The notes under the pieces: generated by a model
Told to the model about the DNA's origin: nothing
Databases searched by the model: none
What the model saw: the letters and a program-made list of their open reading frames with translations, nothing else
Position numbers and translations under genes: made by a program
In this document: one piece after another, positions 1 to 31,949 of the stretch
How the letters are laid out: each line of letters starts with the position of its first letter
How positions within the stretch are numbered: the stretch's first letter is position 1
Source: the human T2T-CHM13v2.0 reference genome, Homo sapiens
Assembly: GCF_009914755.1 (NCBI RefSeq)
Contig: NC_060942.1
Reading direction: 5' to 3' (one strand)
DNA: 64,000 bases

Positions 1-722
1 GGAGGAGGATGGGGAAGTGAAGTGGTAAAATCTCACCACAAAGACCAGGATGCTATCATGGCCTTGAAGCAGGAGCAGATTGTTCAGAAATCCAAGGTTC
101 TGTAATACCCTAGGGCTGTCTAGAGGTGGTAATTGGAACACAAGACCTTCAGGTGTCCTGTGTTAGTGTTTCACTCTTGAGCAGAAGCTCAGGAGCATGT
201 CACTCTGAAGGATCTAGAGCCACTAGAAGTCATGATTTACCCCATGGTTAGGAAAAGGCAGGGGACAGATATGTGGTATAGCTGGGGTTCACGTGCTTAG
301 GGGTCCCTAATGGGGACATGTGGGTGAAAACACACTGAGGGAAGTCCTGGGCAAGGAGGGCTGGGTCCAATGCTGATTCTGGATGGGTGTGGAAGTTAAC
401 CAGGAATTATTGCTTTAAAGGACTGGATTACAGGTTTTGCAAGCAGATAAGATCAGTGACATCATCTGACTTACCTCACATAAGAGGTTTCCTGGCATTT
501 AGAGATTTCCTGGGTAAATGATTCTTCTGACTTCCAAAAATAATTAGATAACTCAGAGATCAAACCACAAGATAACCATCTTTTCTTTCTGAGCTGCTCA
601 AGAATGATAAAATGTTTGTTAAAAACATCAGGGGATTTTGACTTTTCTTATATGCATCCTTAAGAGCCAATAGCTCCTTTTTGTCAAGCAGTAATTATAT
701 TGTTATATTCTGCCATTTTTTA

Positions 723-1030
723 AAATTTGGAGACAGGGTCTCGCTCTGTCACCCAGGCCGGACCGCAGTGGTGCAGTAATAGCTCACTGTAACCTTGAAC
801 TCCTGGGCTCAAGTGATCCTTACCTCAGCTTCCTGAGTAGCTGGAACTACAGGTGTGCACCTTCACAACTGGATAATTCTTTAATTATTATTTTTTTATT
901 TTTTATTTTTGGTAAAGATGAGATCTTGCTATGTTGCCCAGGCTGGTCTCAAATTCCTGGCTTCGAGCTATCCTCCCACCTTGGCTTCTGAAAGCATTGA
1001 GTTTACAGGCATGAGCCACTAAGCTCGGTT
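723..1030 (-). mobile_element. AluJ-like element
   Basis: Antisense Alu with J-type features (cttgaactcctgggctcaag) and an A/T-rich TSD. Confidence 0.85.
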
Positions 1031-1256
1031 ATTTATTTTTTTAAATAATAATTCCATCTCTGGAATATTAGACTCGAAGGAAGCAGGTGACACAAACAGC
1101 ATGCTTTAGACTGAATTATGAGACCACTTTTTTTCTTTTTCCTTAAATGTAGATAACATTAATGAGACCACTTTTGAGAGAAATGTATTTTATTCTGTAA
1201 AGGGAAGATGTTTTAGCAAGAACCTTGCCCTCCAGCTAGTCTCTCTGTCTAGAGTG

Positions 1257-4827
<3,571 letters not shown>

Positions 4828-5396
4828 TGATTCCTAATATTTTCTCTGTCCCATCACATCTAAAAAATATAATACTGAACAAAATCATTCTTATTTTTCC
4901 ATAAGTAATAGTGATGCATGAGAGTGGTGAGAACTCCTCTGGGGAGAAAATATGGTTTTATCAGAATTTAGGGAAGGAAAGTTATATCATTGAAAAAGAA
5001 TTCTCATCTGATTCTGTGTATCAACTATTCTTCTCCCATTTCTGACCTGCCCAAGGGCTCTGTTGTAGGAACTGATGTGAAGTAGAAGACATTTGGAAAA
5101 AACAAAAAGCTAGCAAAAATCTGTCAGAAGAGAAAGAAAAGTACTAGAAATCTTTTTCCCAAAAAGGAATTCTTTATTCATGAGGTGTCTACTGTGTGTC
5201 AAGTTATGCTAGGTCTAGGCATAAGGAAATAAGATAAATATGATTTGTTCTTGCCCTAGGATCCTTTATTCCAAGGAAGAAGAAAATTTGAATAAAATAT
5301 ATATTATCTAATCTGCAAAGTATATATTTTATTCCTACTTTAGATATGAAAAATTGAATTTGAGCTTCTATTATGTGCCAAATCCTATGCAAGCTA

Positions 5397-5726
<330 letters not shown>

Positions 5727-5764
5727 TTATTCTTATTTAGTTTTTCCTGTTCCAACATCTTGCT

Positions 5765-8030
<2,266 letters not shown>

Positions 8031-8166
8031 TGACTGTTTTTTTTATAGGTACTGGAGTTAAGAAAGGTGTTCTCCATTACAGCCTAGGTATTAGATTTAG
8101 AATTTCTCATTTGTTCGCCTACTATTTTATCTTGTTTCTCTGAAAGAAATTATATTGTCTTTAAGG

Positions 8167-8354
8167 CGGTTGTTCTCAAACTTTATCATGCATGAGAATC
8201 ATCTACAAGACCTGTTTAAACATAGATTGCTGGCCTCTGCCCCTAGAGTGTCTGATAAAATAGGTCTGAGCTAGGGCCTGAAAATTTGCATTTCTAACAA
8301 GTTACCAGATGGTGACAATGCTGCTGGTCTGAGGACCCCACGCTGAGAACCATT
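8167..8354. mobile_element. MER5A-like hAT-Charlie MITE
   Basis: Terminal inverted ends cggttgttctcaaac...gagaaccattg and internal gaaaatttgcatttctaacaagtt. Confidence 0.75.
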
Positions 8355-8579
8355 GCTTCCTTTAAAGCGCTAAAGTGGCCAGGCACCGTGGCTTATGCCA
8401 GTAGTCCCAGCATTTTATGAGGCCAAAGTGGGAGGGTTACTTAAAGCCAGGAGTTTGTGGTTACAGTGAGCCATGATCATACCATTGCACTCCAGCCTGG
8501 GTGACAGAGTGAGACCCCATCTCTAAAAAAAAAAAAAAAAAAAATTAAAGGGCAAGTGAGAAGTATGACCATATATGTA

Positions 8580-10190
<1,611 letters not shown>

Positions 10191-11299
10191 TTAATTTGAT
10201 ACTATCTTGACCAGCATTGAATAATCTATATCCTAAGGATTTAGAGGAATAATTATCCTTTCAAAAGAATCTTCCTCATCTGATCAAAAATGGAAAGAAA
10301 CATCTGTTTCCACCCACATCAAGTGTTGTTTTGTTTCAATCCTATTAAAGCAGCCTTGGTCAGGAGATCTTTCCCCTTTTCCTAGCAAGAGGATTTCTTT
10401 GGTCCTCAATTTGGTCATTTGTAAAACAAAGGTAGAGAAAATCTACTCAATGATTTTGGTTATTTTTGGCTTTATGGTTTCTTGAAAAGAAAGAACAATA
10501 AATGAAGATTCATTGCATAGAAAGGGCCTATTTGGAGTCAACATGCTCAAGGCCAGGAAATAGAAACCACAGGGCTAAGGGGATCAACTGAAGGCATCAG
10601 TAGGATGAGGTGAAGCTCTTCTAAGCTGCCAGGTCACAAATCAGGACAGGCAGATGTCCGGTCCCTGACACACTGGCCTGCACAGTGAATGGGCTGTAAG
10701 CTTATCCACTAAAGACCTGTCATTGTTGCGGGTGGGTTGGTGGGAGCATAAGGACATGATAATATCACCATGTCTAGTAAGTGGGAGGCTAATCTTAGAA
10801 ACAGTTTTCAATTCTTTGAAGTTGCTAGTAGCTTCTAATATGGTAGCTATTATTCGCCCATTGCATTCACCATCAGAAAAAGCCCATACAGAGATGAAGC
10901 CAGCATATTTTGAATGTACACTGTATAGTTGTTGGCTCTTAATATAAGTAGTATAGCCTGGGAGCATTGAGTAGAGACAAGTAAGAAAGGATGAGCTGAT
11001 GTTAGGAAATGGACAACATTGAGTATAAGTCAATACTTAGGTAATCTTCAGTCTGTCTCTCACCTACCATTTCTTTCTCCTTCCTATTCTTACCCTCTCT
11101 TCCCTCAGGTTTAATCTCCCAATTTAAGAAACAAAAGAAGTTTTTCCACTAGTACCGACTTCAGCCCATTGTTTTGCAATGTCGTTTTGACAGATGTGTC
11201 TTTAGTCACACAATTAAATTTTATGTTGACCAGAGACTGAAGACTCCACTAGTTGCCTATTAACGTCAGACTAACAATGGCTTGCACCTGTAATCCTAG

Positions 11300-11711
<412 letters not shown>

Positions 11712-13303
11712 TAAAATTCCAGGTTTTCTGTATTTGTCTTCTCCACTAGACTCTAATCAGCTCCTTATTGGTAGGGACCAAGGTAACAGACATCTCTGTA
11801 CCTCTGACTCCTTGCATCAAGTCTACCAAAACCATGTCAGGTGCTTGAATAAATATGGAGCAGAGCTAGTTCCAACTTATCATTCCAAACTCATCCCCTA
11901 CCACTTCCCCAACTTTCCCTACCTTCAGTTACACTGAGGTTTTTCCATTGCCCTAAGCAGGCCTCTTTCTTTTAGGATTTACTGCCTTTTCCCACGTTGA
12001 TTCCTCTGCTGTGATGCTCCTCCCTGCTGGCCTGGCTGGCTCATTCTTCAAGACCCACTTCAGTTACCAGCAGCTCTGCTGGAGCCTTTCCGAACCCTTG
12101 GGCAAAATTAGTAATTCCCTTTACAGATCTTGAACAGTTGTCTGTTCACATCTTGAGTATGGCACTTGATACACTATTGAAAGTATCTGCTTAAGTGATA
12201 ATAATGGCAGCTAAAGACTGAGCTAATATAATGACTGAGCTTTATAATAGTAAATGGTGTATTATTTTAAATCTAACAGCTCTGAGACACAGAACATCAG
12301 CGAGAGGCTGAAATGAAATCGGAAACTATTTTCTGGGTACTAAGAATGTAGGGATCAACTAGACACATGGTAGTTTCTTCCCTCAGGGAGCCCCAACTCT
12401 TCAAGGACAGGGATCAAATAGTAGTAAATATGTGGCATTTATTGAATGTTTGATGTTTACCTGGCACACTGAAGACATTATCTGTAAATATTACAGCTAC
12501 TCTACAAGGCAGGTGTTATTATCTCCATTTCACAGAAGGGGAAACTTATATGCTCAAGATCACACTGCTGGTGCTAGGATTTGAACCCAAAGTATCTAAC
12601 TTCAAAGTATCCTACTGATCTCTATATTCTAAGTGCGGAACACGTAGTAGGGGCATAATAAAGAGTGTTGGATGAACAAATTTCTATAAGCAGGTTCCTT
12701 CTCCCACACTACAAATATTAATAGTGCTCTTTTGTTGAAATATTTCTTGGTCTCAGCTCTGTTCTCATTATACATAGTGGCATCAGGGAAAATTAAATGC
12801 TGTCTTGGAATGACCAGTAGTGCCAATTAACCAAGAACATTAGGAAATTGTAAATGATTATAATTCAACAATAATTAATTAAAAGGATGTAATTTTACTA
12901 AAAATAAGATGTAAAAATTAGCGAAGTTGAGCAAAATTCAGAAATAGACCTTTAATTATAGAAATTGAGCATATTGAAACTGAGATCCTCATAAAACAAT
13001 AAGAAAGAAAAGAAATATATAAAGACCTCATTTAAATAAAGAAAAACATTATCACCCAAGTTGATAAATTGGACACTGTTAGAATGTGAAAAGAACATTG
13101 GAGGATCAGCGACATTGATTCCAGATCTGATACTTACAGCTGAGTAAATTCAAGCTATTTTTTTTTCTCTCTGAAATTGGGCTCATCAACAAAATAAGGA
13201 TAGCAATTAATTCACTGAGTTGTTGTGAGGATCAAATGAGAATACTACCTAATTTACTACCTAACAACACATACTTGGCACTCAGTAATAAGTCTGCATC
13301 TCA

Positions 13304-13632
<329 letters not shown>

Positions 13633-13714
13633 GAAGAATACATGAATAAATATAATTTTAAAAAAGTGAACCTTTGTTAAAATGTGATAAAGTAATATAT
13701 GTTAAAAGAGTTAT

Positions 13715-16907
<3,193 letters not shown>

Positions 16908-17361
16908 TCATTTGAGAATTTTCTCCATGCTTTCTATCTGCCAATTATTATTATCCAGGTTGGATACAAGGAGCTCAGGTTCTAAACTAGTTTTAAGCAA
17001 TAGCTCTGTCATATATGTGCGACCTTGCAGAAGGTATTTAACCTCGGAAACTCAGTTTGTGCACTGGTTAAGGGAAGAGATTAAAAGCACCTACTCCCAA
17101 AATTCTTCTTAGGATTAAATGAGATAATGTATATAAAGTGCTTTGCACAGTTCAGGTGCAGATGTTAGGCAAATTGGAGATGGGATGGGAGTAGAATTGT
17201 TAGGACCACTTGAGGAACTGAACAAGGAACATGACAGAGGCTTTAAATTCTCAGCTCCATATCTCTAAGCATGTCTTTTGTGGCCCATATGGCACACAGG
17301 CCTCAACAGAACTTGGTTCTGGTCTATGTGTTCTCTCTGGTAATACAAAGAGGTTTCTCTT

Positions 17362-17765
<404 letters not shown>

Positions 17766-18688
17766 CTAGGCAGGATGAAGCCACTTTGATAGGAATACTT
17801 TCCAGCCACTCACAGCCATATTCTTGGGTAGGGAAGTGAACTGGAAGTAGTGTTCTTTGTTTTGATTTTTTGCTTCCTGAGCTACTATATACTAAGCTAA
17901 GCACTATATGTATATATCACATTTTATTCCTTGTAGCAACTTCCGTGAAGTGAATACTGTATTTTTATCTTCATTTAACTGAAATATCTGAAGCTCAAAG
18001 GTTAACTGAATTATCTAAGAACAAGCCAGTATCAAGACCAAACCTTGTGTTCTGCTGTACTTTATGACTTTCCTTTGGATTTTGTGGGGGTTTTTTTGTT
18101 TTGTTTTTATATTGCAGAATGGACTTTGAATAGAGATTTCACCTTTTGTTATTGCGGAAGAGGAGAGGGATTGCAGAGGATAGGGTTCTTAATGGTTTTT
18201 GTTTTACTTATAGAATGTGCTGACATAGAATTTTGAATTCCACTTTGACACATAGGAGGCAAGGAGAAAGTTTTGTTTTTAACATTTTCTTCAGAAATAG
18301 CCATTCAGTGGTACTGCTGGCATTGGTGAAGCCTGTGGGGGAGCCTGAACTTTGCTCCATTTTACAGGTTTATGTGGAACATAGCACTCTGACCAGGATT
18401 TGTAATGGTGACTAAAAACTTCTCATTATATCAGATAAAAACTTCAAATTTCAAATCAAGACTGTTTATTATGACAGTAACTAGTTAATCGATAGACAAC
18501 AAAGTGAAGTAGAAAATTCATTAGCCCCAAAGCAAAAGTCCTGGGTTCTATGACAGGCTTTGTGGAACCTTGGACAAGTCTCGTAACTTTAGTTCCCTAC
18601 AAAATGAGGGTGTTGCATTGACCCTCATCCTCTAGTTTCTGAAATACTATTGACTCTGAATATTTCTAATTATTTTTCTTTATTGTAG

Positions 18689-18775
18689 GATTTTAATATA
18701 ATTGAGGAAGCTCTTATCCGAAGAGTCTTAGACCGGTCACTTCTTGAATATGTGAATCACTCGAACACCACATAA
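18689..18775 (+). CDS. RNF125: RNF125 last coding exon (ubiquitin-interacting motif) and stop codon
   Basis: Acceptor tttttctttattgtag|GAT, in frame with the previous exon. Reads [46 protein letters not shown] fits a UIM. Confidence 0.96.
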   Translation, partial: [28 protein letters not shown]

Positions 18776-19304
18776 TTTTATTAAAACGAAGGGAAAAGGG
18801 ACCACTGAATTGCACCATTTAAGATGCTGCTTGAACAAATGGGAGGGAAGTTGTCAATGATTGATGGGCAAAAATGTACAACACAGTTATGTGTTTGTCC
18901 ATGTTTATTGTTATAGTGCATTTAAAAACTGCTTTAATTTTAATGGTTTAAATCTGTTTTACATCCTTGAGATTCTTACACATCTAACAACAAAAAAAAT
19001 TATCTACATCAGTCATTGTTACATGGAAAAGACAGGTGGTAGGCAAGTAGGTGGAGGATCTCGGTTTGCAAATTAGATAATACTCTGTGTATAATGCTAC
19101 ATATCAATAACTACCATCATGGTTAGGCACGATAACTAATCTTTGTTCTGTGTAAAAAAATATGGAGAGTGAAACAAAGTGCAGACATTCAAAGAAATAA
19201 GAAATCTGCTCCAATGCTCTTGTTCTAATCTCTAATAGGTTAACGTTAATAATCTTGTATGGGAGTTGGAAAGGAAAATTTTGGAAGTCAAGAAAGTCCA
19301 TTTA

Positions 19305-22625
<3,321 letters not shown>

Positions 22626-23547
22626 AAAGCAAAATCTGTTGGGAAACGAGAAAAAGGAGAGGAATTTTTCAGGAATAATCATAAAAAGAAATGATCATCA
22701 GACTGAAAGTCCAGAGCCTGAGAAATGAAAACATATTTTTAAGCATTGGTGTTGACCATGCAGACAAACTTTTGTTAATTCAGAGCGATACAAAAGGCAC
22801 TTTGAATCTATAAAACTTGAAAAAGTTAAAAATTGTATGTCGGATAAAGCTTTAAGTCATCTGTCACTATTAACCTCAGTGCAGCAATTCTGACTCCTGT
22901 GCCTGGATTCCTTTTATGATAATTTTGCCACCTACAGGACAGATTAGGTGCTGGTCGCCTGAATTATTTTGTGTTCTGAATTATTTTGAGCTCTAAAATG
23001 GTAAAGTACAAATACTCATTGTTTTACTGTGCCTTTGGCCTTTTATAAAAAGGTATTTATAATTCGTTGATAAAAACCAATATTTGAAGCTGTTGATTAC
23101 CAACAAAAAAGTTTCACTCTCTTTATAGTGCTTCAGGATACAACTTTTTCAGGGCCTTATTAGAGAAAAACTGATTCACATGTTATTCTTCTAAAGCTAA
23201 ATTATTAAAATGTAGGTTGAAAGATTGGATTGATTGTGAATCTACACTAAAGATATGGTTCCAGGCAGACCTCCTTAGAGACCTCCAGGCAGACCTCCTT
23301 ACTGTCTTCAGTGATGTTTAATTTCATTACTGTTACTGGGTGCCAAGTGTCTTTCATTTGGAAGTGAACTTACTCCAGTTATTGAATGTTTATCATATCA
23401 TAATTTGCATTTTTCCAACATTGAAGGTATTTTAAAAAGTCACTAAGAGATTCATTCTTTTATTATTCAACTACAAAAAAATAGTGTAATGATCAGAATT
23501 TAAAATGTGTGATTCTTTTTCTTCTGTAAGTATGTATTGCTATGATA

Positions 23548-23581
23548 AATAAAAAATGGCAGGACCATTGTTTTTATTAAA
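23548..23581 (+). terminator. Distal polyadenylation signals of RNF125
   Basis: AATAAA at 23548 and ATTAAA at 23576, preceded by TGTA elements (tgtaagtatgta). Confidence 0.65.
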
Positions 23582-23702
23582 ATATCTACTGTGTCTATTC
23601 TTAAACATTAATCTTGGTTACTATTTTACTCAAATTTAATAATGCTTTTTAAATTTTCATCATTGAGCAACATCTATCACAAAGGTGTACATTCATTTAG
23701 GC

Positions 23703-23921
23703 CAGTACTTCTCAACTGGGGGTAATTTTGTCTCCCAGCAGACATTGGCAATGTCTAGATACATTTTGGGTTGTCCTAACAGGGCTTGGGTGTGCTAGTG
23801 GCCTGAGATCTAGATACAGGTCAGGGATGCTGTTCAGCATTCTACAGTGCACAAGACAGCCCCTTGCAACAAAGAATTATCCTGCGCAAAATGGCAATAG
23901 TGCCTAGGCTTAGAAACTCTG
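23703..23921. mobile_element. MER20 DNA transposon remnant
   Basis: cagtacttctcaactgggggtaattttg...ggcaatgtctagatacattttgggttgtc...acaaagaattatcctgcgcaaaatggcaatagtgcc...agaaactctg. Confidence 0.8.
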
Positions 23922-24898
23922 ATTTGGTCAACATAATACTGAGCACTATGGATTTATTATTTGTTCTGCTAGCAAGAGGCTTCACTGAAATTTAAAAGGT
24001 AAGATGTAGATAGATTCTTCCCCCTGCTAAATCCATACTAAGTTTTGAATGGCTGTAGCTGTCATGCGTACCCATATGTCATGAGCATATTAATTTTTTG
24101 ATTTTTTGCAAGAACACATACAGGACAGAACACAAGTGTTACTGACGAAACCTCTGATGCCTGTTTGCTGAGTGACGTTCTAGATGATTGAGGGAACCCA
24201 GATCAGTTGAGAAGATTTACCTTCATCATTTAGATTATCTTTATTGAAATAAGACAAAATATTACAGAGGGACACTCATGTCTGAGATCCTTGAAGCTAA
24301 TAGTTATGTTTTTGTATTATTACTAGAAAATCGTGTGGTATTTTAATCCTAAAGATTTCAGCAAAGACAATGCATGGATCTTAAGGCTAATCATTGCCAC
24401 CAAAATAGCCATGTAAGAAGCCCAACGAAGGAGAATCACAGGGAGTAGTATTGATCTAGGTGAACTGGATTATGGTACAATTACAAGTCCCAAATCCCAG
24501 TGCTCACCCAAAGTCTACTGTGGTTCCTGGCTCTTCTCCAGGGAAGCTGTTCTCCAGCTTCAGAATTCCAGGGTACTTTCATCTCGTGGCATTTGTATAT
24601 CACTGTGTGTTCCTATATCACCCCTCGCAACAGGCTGCTGAGTTGGCTACACAGGTAATTTCTGTTCATTATTTGCCAATGCAAGTCACATGGCCATATG
24701 TAATGTCAAGGCACTGAGGAAATCCAGTCTTCTCATGTAGAAGACAACTGGATACTGAGGCATAATAGTAATACCAACCATGAAGGTACAAGCCAGGCAG
24801 AGTTGACAAGACAGGAAGTACACAGGGTAAAGACATTAAAAATATGTGTGGAAAGGAGGGGTGAAAAGTCAAAATGAGACTAGCTTTCTAAAACATGA

Positions 24899-29060
<4,162 letters not shown>

Positions 29061-29514
29061 TACATCATTCAGTTTACTGTCAAGTCAGCTTGGGAAGAAA
29101 TGTGTATCTTTAAATTACTATATTTAAACTTTGCTTTAGTTAGTTTTAATTTAATTCTCATAGAGCAATCCTTTTCACTGTTTCTAAGGTTTTAGGAAAT
29201 ATTTTATTGTTGCCCTAGTCCTTCCATCCCCAACACATCATGTTGTTTTATGCCTCTGTGATTTTGCACACTTTTTCCTCAGCCTGAAATAAATTTCATT
29301 ATTTTTCTGAAAAGACTTCCTTGACCCACCCAAGTAGAGTCAGTCACACCATCTTTTATATCACCAGTATCCCTTGACCATACATCTATTGCTACAGTTA
29401 TCACATTATATTTCTTTGTTTATATATCTGAGATCCATGAGATGGGGAGTTCCTTGAGGGCAAAGGTTGGGATTTATCTTTGTAATCACAGGGCTTTACT
29501 AGAAATTCAATTCA

Positions 29515-29812
29515 TGTGTCAATCTGCTCAGGCTACAATAAAAAAATACCATAGACTGGGTGACTTCAGTAACAGATTTTTGGACAGCCGACTTCTCACT
29601 GCGTCCTTACATGGTGGGGAGGGAGAGAAAGAGAGAGAGAAGATCTCTGGAGTCTCTTATAAGGGGATTAATCTCCTCTGAGGGTTCCACTCTCCTGACC
29701 TCATCTAATCCTAATTACCATCCAAATGCCCCATCTTCAAATACTATCAAATGGTGGGTTAGAGCTTCAACATATGAATTTTGGAAGACACAAACATTCA
29801 GTCCTTAACAAC
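29515..29812. mobile_element. MLT1A-type MaLR LTR
   Basis: ctcaggctacaataaaaaaataccatagactgggtgactt...tgacctcatctaatcctaattacc...gcttcaacatatgaattttgg...aacattcagtcc. Confidence 0.75.
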
Positions 29813-30386
29813 ATGTTCATTGACTGGATGAATGAATGGCTAAAAAATGGATGAGACTATTCATGTTAGCTTTTCAGTGTATTTTCTTAGCAATAAAGCC
29901 TACATGGGGAGCAAAATTATAATGAAGAAAGCAGCCCTGTGTCTAAATTTGTGCATTATTGTTTCTGGAACTTAGCAACAGTGTCATGCATCTCTGTAGG
30001 CACTCCATAAACATCTGATAAATAAGTTAGTGAATAAATTGTAGTTTGATATGCTTACACAAGATGTTCTTAATGAATAATGTCTTCAAGCCAGATGCAT
30101 TCCTTCTCTTTAGAGATATGCCCATCAAGTGAACCAAACTACCAGACAACTTCTCTCCTGGACAGAGTTCTAAAGTAAAGATTTAGTCCAGTGATATAGC
30201 TCTTATAGGAGAAGCGGTATTATTTTGTGTTCATTTTAAAGCTATAGTGCTAATTCTGAAGGACAACTGTATATATTATAGTTGCTGAGTTTCATTGGCT
30301 CTAGATGTTACAGTGTAGTAATCTGCTACAGAGTCAACCTAGGTAACCAAATAAAATGGACTAACCTAGGTAATCACGTAAAATGA

Positions 30387-30749
<363 letters not shown>

Positions 30750-31949
30750 TAAGGGTATTTCACTTTGTGCCTTTGAAACACTCTTACTAATGTATGCAAG
30801 AAGGTCAAAGTCTTATAACAAAATCATACTGTCCTTTGACAGTATTTCAAGGATGTGTCCTCCAGAAATTTCCGCCTTGAGGCATGCTGGTTTTAAAACT
30901 ACCTTAAAGAGAGAAACTGTAACTTTCTAATTTAAAAAACTTAATAAAGTGATCAAACTCTTAGAATGGTAGTTGAAAGTAGAAAAGGGGAGTTGTTGTT
31001 CATGGGTATGGAGTTTCAGTTCTGCAAGATAAAACGTTTTAGAGATCTGTTGCGTAACAAGGTGACTATAGATAACGCTACTGTCTTATACACTTAAAAG
31101 TCATGAAACCTCGTCTCTACTAAAAATACAAAAAATTAGCTGGGCGTGATGGCGGACGCCTGTAGTCCCAGCTACTCGGGAGAATGGCGTGAACCCGGGA
31201 GGCGGAGCTTGCAGTGAGCCAAGATGGCGCCACTGCACTCTAGCCTGGGGGACTGTGCGAGACTGCGTCTCAAAAAGGCAAAAAAAATAGGGTCAGAATG
31301 GGCTGGGCGCGGTGGTTTACGCCTGTAATCCGAGCACTTTGGGAGGCTGAGGCAGGCGGATCACGAGGTCAGGAGTTTGAAACTAGCCTGACCCAACATG
31401 GTGAAACCCCGTGTCTACTAAAAATACAATCATTAACCGAGTGTGATGGCGCAGGTCTGTAAGCCTATAATCCCAGCTACTCAGGAAGCTGAGGCAGGAG
31501 AATCGCTTGCATCCGGGAGGCAGAGGTTGCAGTGAGCCAAGATCTCGCCACTGGACTCCATCCTAGGCAACAGAGTGAGACTACATCTGAAAAAAAAAAA
31601 AAAAAAAGGTCAGAATGGTAAATTTCATGTTGTGTGTTTTTAAACACAAAGAAAAAAACAACAAACAAAAAATTTTAAGCAAATACCATGGTGTATATAT
31701 AGTTCTATGACACCCAGTTTAGGAAATTATAATTGTCAGTGAAATTTAGGAAAGAAGAAATGTCATCTTACTGGCAAAGCTCTTGGGGTTTCAAAAATGA
31801 AGTATTTAAATATAGAGACAACAACTTTACTCTCTGTTGCTATTTTTTTCACCCACTGGTCTCTCTCCAGACTTTGGATGAAGCTTAAAGCACAGAACAT
31901 TGTTTGCTTGTTTCCCCCACCATTTGCAGTGATTGTACCATCTCTTAGA

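Noticed and set aside
10641-11033. 130-aa minus-strand ORF as a stand-alone gene
   Set aside because: It starts at a non-ATG codon and runs through a polypyrimidine tract. Only the internal 87-nt piece with splice sites is kept, as a candidate exon.
12629-12826. 65-aa minus-strand ORF upstream of the candidate antisense gene
   Set aside because: No convincing donor, partly overlaps MIR/L2-like sequence, and lies beyond the putative promoter.
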